Source of the DNA: Promethearchaeota archaeon
GTDB taxonomy: Archaea; Asgardarchaeota; Lokiarchaeia; Sigyniarchaeales; SOKP01
Length of the DNA: 64,000 nt
Assembly: GCA_016840165.1 (NCBI GenBank)
Contig: JAEOSU010000027.1
Coordinates: 39,549 to 103,548 of the forward strand
Direction: 5' to 3'
Shown: piece by piece, positions 8,880 through 18,932 of the stretch
Layout of the letters: the number at the start of each line of letters is the position of its first letter
Numbering within the stretch: position 1 is the stretch's first letter
Translations under genes and position numbers: made by a program
Notes under the pieces: generated by a model
The model's database searches: none
The model's input: only the letters and a program-made list of their open reading frames with translations
What the model was told of the DNA's origin: nothing

Positions 8880-9761
8880 ATGTTATTAAAGGGAAAAAAT
8901 ATTATAATTACTGGCGCTGGAAGAGGTATCGGGAGGGCAATTTCCATTGCTTGCGCAAAAGAAGGTGCTAACCTCGGATTAATCTCCCGAACTCTGGAAG
9001 AAATAAGTGAAACTAAAGATATTATTCAATCTCAAGCAAGCTCTTCAAAAGTGGTTATAAAGGTGGCAGATGTGACGAAATACGATGATTTATCAAAAGC
9101 ATTTAAGGAATTCTACGATGAATTAGGACAATTTAATGGAGTTGTTGCAAATGCGGGATATTCTCGAATGTGGGCAACACACGAGTTTATTAATGAGAAG
9201 TTTTCCGAGATTTTAGATATTAATGTTTTGGGGGTGTTTTATACTTTCAAAGCCGCTTATGGATTCATGAAGAAGGATGATAAAAAGGATAAGGCACGGT
9301 TTTTAATAACTGGTAGTGAGGCTTATCCCTATGCACCCCAAAGATTGACAGCATATGTTGCTAGTAAGTATGCTGTGGTTGGTATGCAAAAGGCGATGGC
9401 TACTGAGTATAAACGAGAAAATATCACATTTAATATGGTTTTGCCAACACAGGTTGATACACGATTGCTAAGAGGGAAGAATGCAGGAGATGGGAATAAA
9501 CCTGATCACGTTTTAAATCCAACGGAGTTAAACGATTACTATCTCTTTTTACTTAGTGATGATGCCAATAAAGTTGATGATACGCTTATTTTTACATATG
9601 ATATCCAGGATATAAAAAAGCTTTTACATGATGCTCCAGTAGATAAAAATGATAGTTGGGATAATTTTAAAGATTATTTAAAAGAAAAGTCATCAGAATT
9701 GTATGAGAAAGTCAAAAACCTAGGAAAGTTAATTGACTTCATAATTTCGCGGGAAAAATAG
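8880..9761 (+). CDS. SDR family NAD(P)-dependent oxidoreductase
   Basis: TGAGRGIG, NAG, YVASK catalytic motif. Confidence 0.95.
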   Translation: MLLKGKNIIITGAGRGIGRAISIACAKEGANLGLISRTLEEISETKDIIQSQASSSKVVIKVADVTKYDDLSKAFKEFYDELGQFNGVVANAGYSRMWATHEFINEKFSEILDINVLGVFYTFKAAYGFMKKDDKKDKARFLITGSEAYPYAPQRLTAYVASKYAVVGMQKAMATEYKRENITFNMVLPTQVDTRLLRGKNAGDGNKPDHVLNPTELNDYYLFLLSDDANKVDDTLIFTYDIQDIKKLLHDAPVDKNDSWDNFKDYLKEKSSELYEKVKNLGKLIDFIISREK

Positions 9762-9833
9762 CTTTTCAACACAACGTTCTATTCGTAATATAATTAAGTT
9801 CATTAGAAATCAATGATTGTATACTAATAGAAA

Positions 9834-10451
9834 ATGACCGAAAAAGCGAATGATAACAGCGAGAAAACGCAATTTGAGGGGATCATTGAAAAGGATAAAG
9901 TAATCCTTATTGATAAAAATGCAATTGATGAGTTTTACTATAATTCCTATATCGGAACACTAGAAGAGTCTAGTAAGAGTGAAATTAAGTTAATTTTGGA
10001 TCCTATTGAAGTACTTTTATTGAGCGAACGTAATAGAATTTTATTATGGAAAGATAATGTTAAAAAAAATCAATTATATGATTTTGAAAGTCTACTAACA
10101 TATTTTACCAAGTTTGATCAACGATTATGGCAGAAGTACATTATTTATATGGATTTAAGAAAACGTGGATATATCGTTAGACCTGGATATGGTGAGGGAA
10201 TCGATTTTCTCGTATATAAACGTGGATCGGACTTTGAAAATGATTCTGCTAAATATTTGATATATCCAGTATTTGAAGGAGATCCTGTTGAGTTAAAGGA
10301 GTTAGATAGAATGTCACGAGTCGCTTTAAGCTCTCGGAAAGATTTAATTGTTGCAACTGTCGATAGATTAAGTAAACCAATTTACTATAGCGTAAACAAA
10401 TTTGAAATAATTAATAAAATTAATTTAGATGAAAGAGAATATGCCCGATAG
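9834..10451 (+). CDS. endA: tRNA-splicing endonuclease subunit (probably non-catalytic/structural)
   Basis: LDPIEVLLL, YIIYMDLRKRGYIVRPG, DFLVY, RVALSSRKDLIVA; catalytic His position appears as Ser (DSAKY). Confidence 0.82.
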   Translation: MTEKANDNSEKTQFEGIIEKDKVILIDKNAIDEFYYNSYIGTLEESSKSEIKLILDPIEVLLLSERNRILLWKDNVKKNQLYDFESLLTYFTKFDQRLWQKYIIYMDLRKRGYIVRPGYGEGIDFLVYKRGSDFENDSAKYLIYPVFEGDPVELKELDRMSRVALSSRKDLIVATVDRLSKPIYYSVNKFEIINKINLDEREYAR

Positions 10452-12093
10452 ATTTGCTTGTGATACTTCCGTCATATTTAACGGATTAATCATTGATCTA
10501 ATAGAAGATGGTGAATTAGGAGATCATCCTGAAATCTTCATTTCAAATATAGTTGTAGCCGAAGTCGAATATCGTACAAACATTCAAAAAGAAATCGGAT
10601 TCTATGGATTAAATGTATTAAAAAAATTGCGACAATTCCATAATGAAGGAAAGATAACTCTAAATGTTATTGGTCACCGCCCCACTCGAGAAGAAATAAA
10701 GATGGCTCCGGGAGGAGAATTAGATGCCCTGATTCGAGAAAATGCAGGTGAAAATGATGCAATTTTGATAACTGCTGACAAAATCCAAGGAGATGTAGGC
10801 GTTTTTGAAGGCATTGAAGTAATGCTAGTAAAGGAAAAAGTACTCCATAAGGAAATCACTCCAGATTCCTTAAGAATCATGACTTTTTTTGATGAAGATA
10901 CGATGAGCATCCATTTAAAACGAGGATTACCTCCATATGCAAAAAAAGGAAGTCCTGGAAATTGGTATATGGAGCAAGTAGGAGATGAGATAATTGATAA
11001 GAAGAAAATTGAAGAGATTGCATTAGAAATCATAGAATATGTACGAGAAGACCCACATTCTTTTATAGAAATAGAAAAATATGGTGCAGTGGTCACCCAA
11101 TTACGAGATTTACGTATTGTAATCACTCGACCACCGTTTTCGAATGATGTAGAAATAACCGCTGTCAAACCTCTTGTTAATTTGACTTTAGACGATTATT
11201 CATTAGATATGCGAATTCGAAAGAGGTTAGAAAAAGCAGAAGGGATATTAGTTTCTGGTTCTCCAGGAGCAGGAAAAAGTACTTTCTCAGCAGCCTTAGC
11301 AAATTATTATTCACAAAAAAATATGGTAGTGAAAACATTAGAAAGTGTAAGGGATTTACAAGTTAATCCTAATATTACCCAATATACTAAGTTGGAGGGT
11401 AGCTTAGAGAAATCTGCCGACATTCTCTTGCTTGTGAGACCTGATTTCACTATTTTTGATGAAGTCAGAACAACTAAAGATTTTCAAATTTTTGCAGACT
11501 TTAGATTGTCCGGAGTAGGAATGGTAGGGGTTGTTCATTCTTCATCTGCTATAGATGCTGTCCAAAGGTTTATAGGTCGTGTTGAGCTTGGGATGCTTCC
11601 CTCAATAATCGATACCATTATTTTTATTGAGAATGGCGATGTTTCCACAGTTCTCGCATTAAAAATGACTGTCAAAGTCCCCCATGGATTTCGGGATAAA
11701 GATTTGGCTAGACCAGTAGTGGAGGTTAGAGATTATTTAACTAAGAAATTAGAATTCGAAATGTATTCTTTTGGACAAGATATTGTTGTTAACCCGATAA
11801 ACCCTTCAAAATCAAAAAGTGAACGACGTAATTTCGATTTCAATCTTGATAAATGGCAAAAAAGTGGTAAAAGAATTTCCTTAGATATTATCGAATTCAA
11901 GAAAAAGTTAATTATACGTGCTGATGAAGATTTTGCTAGCAGGAATATAGATGTGTATGCTGGTAATCATATTATCTTCAGCGGTTCCTTAAGTAGGAAT
12001 GCAGAAATATCACTCTCAATGCCTAACCGAGAGGCGAAACAAATACAAAAAGAATTAAGAAAAAATTCTGATATCTATGGAATTTTAAAATAA
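10441..12093 (+). CDS. PIN-domain / VirB11-like ATPase (PINA family)
   Basis: N-terminal PIN domain (DTSV, ELDALIR, LITAD), Walker A GSPGAGKS, LLVRPDFTIFDEVR, GMVGVVH; start more likely ATG 10441 than 10429. Confidence 0.93.
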   Translation: MPDRFACDTSVIFNGLIIDLIEDGELGDHPEIFISNIVVAEVEYRTNIQKEIGFYGLNVLKKLRQFHNEGKITLNVIGHRPTREEIKMAPGGELDALIRENAGENDAILITADKIQGDVGVFEGIEVMLVKEKVLHKEITPDSLRIMTFFDEDTMSIHLKRGLPPYAKKGSPGNWYMEQVGDEIIDKKKIEEIALEIIEYVREDPHSFIEIEKYGAVVTQLRDLRIVITRPPFSNDVEITAVKPLVNLTLDDYSLDMRIRKRLEKAEGILVSGSPGAGKSTFSAALANYYSQKNMVVKTLESVRDLQVNPNITQYTKLEGSLEKSADILLLVRPDFTIFDEVRTTKDFQIFADFRLSGVGMVGVVHSSSAIDAVQRFIGRVELGMLPSIIDTIIFIENGDVSTVLALKMTVKVPHGFRDKDLARPVVEVRDYLTKKLEFEMYSFGQDIVVNPINPSKSKSERRNFDFNLDKWQKSGKRISLDIIEFKKKLIIRADEDFASRNIDVYAGNHIIFSGSLSRNAEISLSMPNREAKQIQKELRKNSDIYGILK

Positions 12094-12150
12094 TGTGAGT
12101 TTGGTAAAAATTTATAATTATTGTTGAGCCTAAGTATTATGATTTTAAAT

Positions 12151-12798
12151 TTAGAGTTTAAAATCTTCTTCTAAATTTAAAATAATAAGATTATCCATGA
12201 TGAAAAAGACATACTTTAGATTTTTAAAATTCCTTAATGATAAACCAAATTCACTTAAATAAAGACCAGATCTCATTATACCGTTTAATGCAAGTAATAG
12301 AAGCAAAGATGCTAAAGATAACACAAAATTTAGTTCTACAAAATAGATTGCTAAGAAAGTAATAACCAATGTGGTACAACCAATTAATACATTTAGCTTT
12401 CTATAAAATGGAGAATAGACTTTTACAATTGAACCTTTTAAAATAGCAGCCAATCCTATTAGAAGCACTGGAATTGAGACAAAAAAAACCACATAACTTA
12501 AAGTAACATGTGGATATGAAAAGATCAACCAAAACATAAAAGCGGAGAATAACATATAAAAAGTACCTAGAATTGTTTTGACGACTTTCATGATAATAGT
12601 CCTATCTTTATTAGTAAAAAGTCTATAAAAATAATATAACCCATATATGAAAAGGGAGGAGAGTGGGTAAATTATAAGCGACATAATCAAAAATAGTCTA
12701 AAATATATAAATAAAAATATAATACCGATAATTAATATCCCAGATATTATATTATCGCATCGTAATTTTCTTTTATTCACTAATTCGTTAATATCCAT
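12151..12798 (-). CDS. Membrane protein, about 6 TM (DUF308/HdeD-like)
   Basis: Repeated paired hydrophobic helices with Gly. Confidence 0.65.
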   Translation of the reverse strand: MDINELVNKRKLRCDNIISGILIIGIIFLFIYFRLFLIMSLIIYPLSSLFIYGLYYFYRLFTNKDRTIIMKVVKTILGTFYMLFSAFMFWLIFSYPHVTLSYVVFFVSIPVLLIGLAAILKGSIVKVYSPFYRKLNVLIGCTTLVITFLAIYFVELNFVLSLASLLLLLALNGIMRSGLYLSEFGLSLRNFKNLKYVFFIMDNLIILNLEEDFKL

Positions 12799-12913
12799 GA
12801 TAAGAATTGAGTGCTATTATATTTATATTTAGCATGGAAATTTATATATTTTTTTATTTATCACTTTGAAAAAGTGAATTGATGAAAGAATATTTGATTT
12901 AAGGTACGCTAAT

Positions 12914-13666
12914 TTATTTCTTTTCTAATTCTTTTAATTTTTCTACAATTGGAGGTAGAACATTAATAATATCTTCGTTAAATCGTAGATCAGGATTATA
13001 TCTTGGCGGAATCTCCCCACGATTGAGAATAATGAGTTTTGCGCCGTTTTGTTTTGCATATAAGGGTAATTCAGCTGCAGGATAGACCACTAATGAAGAT
13101 CCAATTACAAAAAATACATCTGAATCGATTGATCTCCTTATTGCCTCATTGAGTTCATCTGCGGGCAATGGATCATTAAAATTTACAATGCTTGATACTA
13201 ATCTTCCATTACATTTAGGACATTTTGGTTGGTCTTTATGAGGTGTATCTGTGAGATAACCATTTCCCCAGATATTTTTATCCCAACCTACCTCAGTAAA
13301 AGAGAATTTTGTATTGCAATTAAGGCATTTCATAAAGTGTCGGTTACCATGCAATTCCGCCAACATTTCAAAAGGAATACCCGATTTAGCATGTAGTCCG
13401 TCTACATTCTGAGATATAACATAATCTAATTTTCCGAGTTTTAATAACTCGACCACAGCATAATGAGCCGCATTAGGTTTAACTTGATTCCATGGTACTG
13501 ATTTGGGAGGTGGAAGATTCTTCTCTCTTCTAGTCCAGACACCGTCGGGACCTCGGTAATCAGGTAATCCCGAATGAGTTGAAATTCCAGCGCCCGTAAA
13601 GACAACTAATTTTTTTGATTCAGAAATCCATTTAACTGCTAATTCTATTTTCTCATGTAATTCCAT
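12914..13666 (-). CDS. Sir2 family NAD-dependent deacylase, class IV (SIRT6/7)-like
   Basis: GAGIST, DYRGPDGVWT, SQNVDGLH, ELHGN, two CxxC, GSSLVVYPAA, ILN. Confidence 0.95.
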   Translation of the reverse strand: MELHEKIELAVKWISESKKLVVFTGAGISTHSGLPDYRGPDGVWTRREKNLPPPKSVPWNQVKPNAAHYAVVELLKLGKLDYVISQNVDGLHAKSGIPFEMLAELHGNRHFMKCLNCNTKFSFTEVGWDKNIWGNGYLTDTPHKDQPKCPKCNGRLVSSIVNFNDPLPADELNEAIRRSIDSDVFFVIGSSLVVYPAAELPLYAKQNGAKLIILNRGEIPPRYNPDLRFNEDIINVLPPIVEKLKELEKK

Positions 13667-13876
13667 ATTAAAATTAGAAATTAATTATATATAAAAATAT
13701 ACTGATTAAACGTAGTAAACTAATCCACTTATGCTTTAAATAAACTTTTAAAAAATTTAAATCATTAAACAATCCCTTTTTAAAGGTAAAGAATTATACA
13801 TAATTGGACAATATTAACCTAAAGTTTTTATGTTCATACGTTGAAATATTAATCAATAGTTAAAGGTTGAGTGTAA

Positions 13877-14269
13877 TTGACGTTTGCAATTCAATTTAAA
13901 GAAGATGCTATTAGAAGTATTCAGAGAGACTATATTCAAGTTAAATGTAATCCTTTACAATTAATGTTGATAAAAAAAATCTCGGAGGCTATATGTGAAC
14001 AGATCGATATTCCAATTTTAGCCATAAGAGCAGCAACTTGGTATGCTTTAAAAGAATGGCAGTTGAAATATAATAAATCCATCTCCGAGTTAAACTCTTC
14101 GGATATTAAAAGTAAAATTATCGCTGGAAAAGACATTTTCGATATAGGAAAGAATATTCTGAAGCAGTTTTTAAAAGAGCCAAAAAATGAAAATGAAATA
14201 AAATTGGATATCGTATATGAAAAAGCATTTAAAATATACTTAGAAATTATTAATCGAATGAATGGCTAA
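13877..14269 (+). CDS. Hypothetical helical protein
   Basis: 130-aa ORF with TTG start and upstream AAGGTTGA; converges on the PHP gene. Confidence 0.7.
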   Translation: MTFAIQFKEDAIRSIQRDYIQVKCNPLQLMLIKKISEAICEQIDIPILAIRAATWYALKEWQLKYNKSISELNSSDIKSKIIAGKDIFDIGKNILKQFLKEPKNENEIKLDIVYEKAFKIYLEIINRMNG

Positions 14270-15003
14270 TGATTTCTTTTTTCTAGTTTTTTGATAAATC
14301 TTGCGAAATTTAATTCTAAATCGTAAATTTGAATCCTTTGTAATGGTTCATCAAAATTAGCTAAGGTAGATAAATCATGAGAATCGCAACCAATTGAAAC
14401 CAAAATATCATTAGTTTTTAATTCCTTGAAAAAGAATTTATAACGTTGAGAATAAAAATCTGGATAGCTTGAATTGAATTCAAAATAGATATCGTATCTT
14501 TTTAAGAAGCTGATTAAAGTCCCTAATGAGCTATATTCAAAAAAAGAGGGGTCAAAATGCGCTAAGCCAATAAGACATTCATCATAATTTTTACCATATC
14601 TTTGCTCCCAGTTTAATAAAATATTCTTCACGAAGCCTATTCCCTCAACATTTTCAAGATATTCAAATAAGATGATATCAAAATTTTCTGGAACGATCAT
14701 CTTCGTGATATAGTCATAAGAACTACTAATGTCAATTTCAATTCCCTTTAATAAGGTTAATTGTCCCCCATAATCGATTAATTCTTGTTGCAAATCTGAC
14801 AATTCCGTTATATATTTTTCAATTTTAGCTTTTGTATTTAGATTAGGTATAACATTCGCTTTCCATGAATTTGTAAAATGATCAGTAATGCATATATAGT
14901 TTAATCCTAAGTTTAGCGCCTTCTCAACAATATCTCTTATTGAATTTTTTCCATCTGAATATATTGAATGAATATGTAAATTTATCTTAGGAAAGGGCAT
15001 CAT
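14266..15003 (-). CDS. PHP domain protein
   Basis: NLHIHSIYSDG, ITDH, GIE, AH, GCDSH; start probably ATG 15003 or 15000 rather than 15018. Confidence 0.9.
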   Translation of the reverse strand: MMPFPKINLHIHSIYSDGKNSIRDIVEKALNLGLNYICITDHFTNSWKANVIPNLNTKAKIEKYITELSDLQQELIDYGGQLTLLKGIEIDISSSYDYITKMIVPENFDIILFEYLENVEGIGFVKNILLNWEQRYGKNYDECLIGLAHFDPSFFEYSSLGTLISFLKRYDIYFEFNSSYPDFYSQRYKFFFKELKTNDILVSIGCDSHDLSTLANFDEPLQRIQIYDLELNFARFIKKLEKRNH

Positions 15004-15014
15004 TAAAGCAAAGT

Positions 15015-16880
15015 TCAATATGATTTTGATTCCTTGTAATTAAACCACATTAAAATTGAACTAAATATCATTGTAAATTCAAGAAAGATTAAAAGACCGC
15101 TAAATATGAATTTACTAGCTAATTGAGGTATAAGTGTTGCACCAAGAGAGATTTCTTGGATGACTACGATATCATTTAATATAATAAGGATAATGAAGAA
15201 GTTAACTACTATAAAAATTAATTCTAAACTTATTAGTAAAGAAGTCACAAAGAGTAGGATCTTTGACTTTTTCTTTCCTAGTTCGATTATCTGAGCCTTA
15301 CCTAAATTAATAGCAACTACTTGTTTATCTACTTTTTTTACAAAATAATAAACCATTTCTCGAAGTGATATAACATCAAAAACTAACAATCCAATATTAA
15401 ATATACAAATTAAGATTAATATTCGATTCAATAAAACCATCGAAGGATTGATTATGGAAAAGTTATTAATTAACCAAATAAATATGGCTAAAATTAGAAT
15501 GAGAGAAATTTTGATGCCCGCTAATGTCAATCTGACTGAGTGGCGATCTGTAATCGTTAATAAGTAATAAGTAACACCTACTATGGAGATAATGAAACCA
15601 AGGAGAATTGCGGTTAAAGATAAGAATAAGGAGAAGAACAAAAATAAGATACTAATAAGTATTGGTAAAAAAGGAAAAAATGGTGCTTTAAAGGGACGAT
15701 CTAAAGATTTTCTCTTTCTTCGGAGTTTAACGGCAGCATAATTTACTGTAGCTAAGCCAAAGAAAAAAATAAAACTCACTGTTTCTGCCGTTAATCCAAT
15801 TTCAGCAAAAAAGGTAAAGATACTAACAATTATTACAGTAATTATCAAAGCAATAGGAGGAAAATTAGATACTTTTTTCTTTTCTTTTATTTTTGCAGGT
15901 AGATAGCGATCTCTTGCTAATGCAGTTATTATACTTACTCCCGAACCTAATGAAGCATTTATAGCTATTAACGTGGAAATAAGAATTGCTAAAGCCATAA
16001 TAAAAAATCCAATCATCCCAAATGGACCTAAAATATTCATTAAAATATTGCCTAAAAGAATTGGACTGTCATTTAGAGTACTTGCATCATTTCCAATATT
16101 GATTAATACTACCACAGTTACTAATAGGTAAATTCCTAAAGCAATCAATATTGCTAGCATGTATATTCTTGGTATGGATTTTGAAGGATTTTTTAGATTT
16201 ACACTCAGATATGCAAGATTTGACGTAATCGAGGTATAACATATAAATAAGAGGGAAAAGATCGAAATAACACTAAAAAAGTCCGTACCACTCAAGAGAA
16301 ATTCAGGATTATAAGTAGGAGGCCTAATAATTGGTGAGATAATAAGTCCGCAAACAATAAAGAACCCCAAAATACCAATTAGACTTATAGTTAAATAAAT
16401 TAAAGCCTTTATTGCAATGTGTTGAGCACGAAAAATGACCACACTCGTAAAAATTATCGCAATTATTGCAATTGGAGCCGTAAAAGGAGAAATTACGCTA
16501 ATTCCAAATTTCTTGAATACTTCATCAAAAAGTAAAGCGAATATTTGTGCAGAGAACGAACAAGACGCTATATTAGCAATCCATAAAAAGAAGCCGATAA
16601 TAAACGCTAAAAATCCGCCTAAGCCTTCTTTACTGAAATTATAGGCACCACCGGCGATTGGAAGGCTTGTAGATAGTTCAGCGTAATTCAGAGCAGTAAA
16701 AAAGATTAATATTCCTCCCAGAAGCAGACTTATAAGCACACCTGGACCAGCAATTCTTATTGCATCACCTAATAGGATAAAAATGGAGCCACCAATCCCA
16801 CATCCAATCCCATAGAGGACTCCTTGAGAAGATTTTACGCCTCTTCCTGATAAAATTTCTTCTTGTTTAGTTTCATTCAT
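15015..16880 (-). CDS. APC family amino acid permease with extra C-terminal TM helices
   Basis: IGGSIF, AGP, YAELSTSLPIAGGAY, KNPSKSIP, ARDRYLP, RPFKAP. Confidence 0.92.
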   Translation of the reverse strand: MNETKQEEILSGRGVKSSQGVLYGIGCGIGGSIFILLGDAIRIAGPGVLISLLLGGILIFFTALNYAELSTSLPIAGGAYNFSKEGLGGFLAFIIGFFLWIANIASCSFSAQIFALLFDEVFKKFGISVISPFTAPIAIIAIIFTSVVIFRAQHIAIKALIYLTISLIGILGFFIVCGLIISPIIRPPTYNPEFLLSGTDFFSVISIFSLLFICYTSITSNLAYLSVNLKNPSKSIPRIYMLAILIALGIYLLVTVVVLINIGNDASTLNDSPILLGNILMNILGPFGMIGFFIMALAILISTLIAINASLGSGVSIITALARDRYLPAKIKEKKKVSNFPPIALIITVIIVSIFTFFAEIGLTAETVSFIFFFGLATVNYAAVKLRRKRKSLDRPFKAPFFPFLPILISILFLFFSLFLSLTAILLGFIISIVGVTYYLLTITDRHSVRLTLAGIKISLILILAIFIWLINNFSIINPSMVLLNRILILICIFNIGLLVFDVISLREMVYYFVKKVDKQVVAINLGKAQIIELGKKKSKILLFVTSLLISLELIFIVVNFFIILIILNDIVVIQEISLGATLIPQLASKFIFSGLLIFLEFTMIFSSILMWFNYKESKSY

Positions 16881-16940
16881 TATTAATCTTTTAGAGCAAT
16901 TTTTAGGAGAAAAGATTTATATAGATATTAAGATCATATA

Positions 16941-18434
16941 TTAAGATTTTTCTAAATGAAAGATTCCCGAAATAATCATAAATCCCGCACTAATCAACAA
17001 TAATAAACTAATAAAGCTCATATTAAAATCTCCAATTTCAATTAGAGGAACTCCACCAAAATCAATGAAATTAAATATATCACCAATTGCTAAGATAATG
17101 AAGAAGATCCCTACCCCTATTAATATCCCACCAAAAAATTTGGAAAGCCTATAAATTAATGAAAGTGTCTCCAATCGATTAATTCGGCTTTCTTTATCTC
17201 TTATTTCTTCTTCTTGGTTTTCTAATTCGGTTTTCAGTTTCTGAAGGAGAGCTTTTGCATCATTCGTACTCTCATCAATAAGTTCCTTTGATTTTACTAA
17301 TTTTTCATTCTCTTTTTGCATGTCTTCAAATTTTTCTGATAAAGAATTCAATCTCTCCTCTCGTTCGATATATTCATTATTGGTATTTTCAATATTTGCT
17401 TTTAAATCTTCTAAACGTTTTTCATTTACTTCTATTAGATCTTTCTGTTTCTCGATTTGACTTTTTATAGTATCAGATGATTCATTTAAGCTTTGAATTT
17501 TTGATTCCATTTCAATTAATTTCTGCTGTTTTTCAGAAAGCTGAACTTTATATTTAGCAAGTAATTCCTCATAAGTTTCTCTTTGCTCTTCCATCTCTGG
17601 GAATCCTTCTTTATAATCCTGAATTTGTTGTTCAATTAATTTGATCCGTGATTCGCGTTTTTCAATTTGTTCTGTTAATAATTTTTTCTCTTCTTCTTTT
17701 ACCTCTATTTCTTTGTTAGTATGATCTAATTCAAATTTATTTTTTTCAATCGTGGCTTTCATTGTTTCATTTTCTGCTTTTAAGCTTTTAATTTTCTTTT
17801 CTAAGGCTTCAGTCTCTTCTTTTTGATTTTCAATGAGATCATTATTTTCTTGGATATTTTTTTTCAATTTGGAAAGTCCATTCCTAAGTTCTTCTTGAGA
17901 GGTTACTTTTTCTTTTACACTGTCGGTAAGGACTATTAAATCCACTTGTCTTGCTTCGTATGTTTTCACTAACTGTTCATTTTGTTTTAACAGTTCTTTA
18001 TATTCCTCTTCAAGATTTTCTTTACTTTCTTTAATTATATTAAGACTCTCTTCTAGATTCTGCATCTCTTTATTTTTCTTATTGTATTTCTCTTCCAAAA
18101 TTCTAGTAGTCTCTTCTAACGCGGATAAATATTCATCTTTAGCATTAACTTTTTTATTAATTGTACCCAGACGCTCTTCTGCTTCAAGAATTTCTTGATT
18201 AATCTCCTCAAGTTCTTTCCTTTCTTTTACTTTAATCTCTTCATCTGAACCATTTTCTTTGATTGTTTCCGAGATGTCTTCTATGCTATTCTCAGAGGTT
18301 CGTATTTTTTTATCTATCATATCTCTAGAATTTTTTGCTTTAGATAAAAATTCTTTATCAACTCTCTCGATATCCTTCTCTAATTTACTGTCTGCTTTAC
18401 TATCCTTCTCTTCTTCTTTTAAATCGTCGGTCAT
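16941..18434 (-). CDS. Long coiled-coil protein with two C-terminal TM helices
   Basis: About 430 aa of E/K-rich heptads with almost no Pro, then two hydrophobic segments; no Walker motif. Confidence 0.85.
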   Translation of the reverse strand: MTDDLKEEEKDSKADSKLEKDIERVDKEFLSKAKNSRDMIDKKIRTSENSIEDISETIKENGSDEEIKVKERKELEEINQEILEAEERLGTINKKVNAKDEYLSALEETTRILEEKYNKKNKEMQNLEESLNIIKESKENLEEEYKELLKQNEQLVKTYEARQVDLIVLTDSVKEKVTSQEELRNGLSKLKKNIQENNDLIENQKEETEALEKKIKSLKAENETMKATIEKNKFELDHTNKEIEVKEEEKKLLTEQIEKRESRIKLIEQQIQDYKEGFPEMEEQRETYEELLAKYKVQLSEKQQKLIEMESKIQSLNESSDTIKSQIEKQKDLIEVNEKRLEDLKANIENTNNEYIEREERLNSLSEKFEDMQKENEKLVKSKELIDESTNDAKALLQKLKTELENQEEEIRDKESRINRLETLSLIYRLSKFFGGILIGVGIFFIILAIGDIFNFIDFGGVPLIEIGDFNMSFISLLLLISAGFMIISGIFHLEKS

Positions 18435-18932
18435 TTCATTATATTTGTATTGAATTGGTTTTAATTTTTATTAAATAGGAAGTAGTATTAGAAATTTAAA
18501 GTTTAATTTTTATTTAAATATGAAAAATAATTTTGCTTTTGTACAAATATGCTTTTAATAAAATCAATTAATATTTTATTATTCATCGATTACACTTCCT
18601 TAGTAAATATACGTAATTAATATTTTTAAGCTTTTGACATTTTCTTTCAATTCATAAGTTAGGGTAAAAATTTAAACGATAGATTTAAATATGAGTATGA
18701 CTTGGAAAAAAATTTTATTATGATTTCATTCTATAAAAATTTGAATGATATTAAATCGTTAAAAGAGTAAATATATCATATAGTTGAGAGTAAATAAATT
18801 TTCGCTCAAAAAATAATCATGGAAAACATTATCAATTTGGCTTAGCATATTTGTCAGGTTTTTCATCAAAATTTTCATACGTTGCTCTAGGATCCGATAT
18901 ACCTAACTAATTTAAGGGATTTTTTCTTGTTT

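Noticed and set aside
10674-11168. 164-aa minus ORF and similar antisense ORFs (40718, 41525, 42658, 48531, 52496, 60601 and others)
   Set aside because: Lie within well-supported genes on the opposite strand and show typical shadow composition
16941-18434. SMC/Rad50 annotation for the coiled-coil protein
   Set aside because: No Walker A/B, signature motif, hinge or zinc hook
18435-18932. 500-nt intergenic region as an ncRNA or small ORFs (e.g. MKILMKNLTN..., 39 aa)
   Set aside because: Very AT-rich, with no convincing SD, structure or motif
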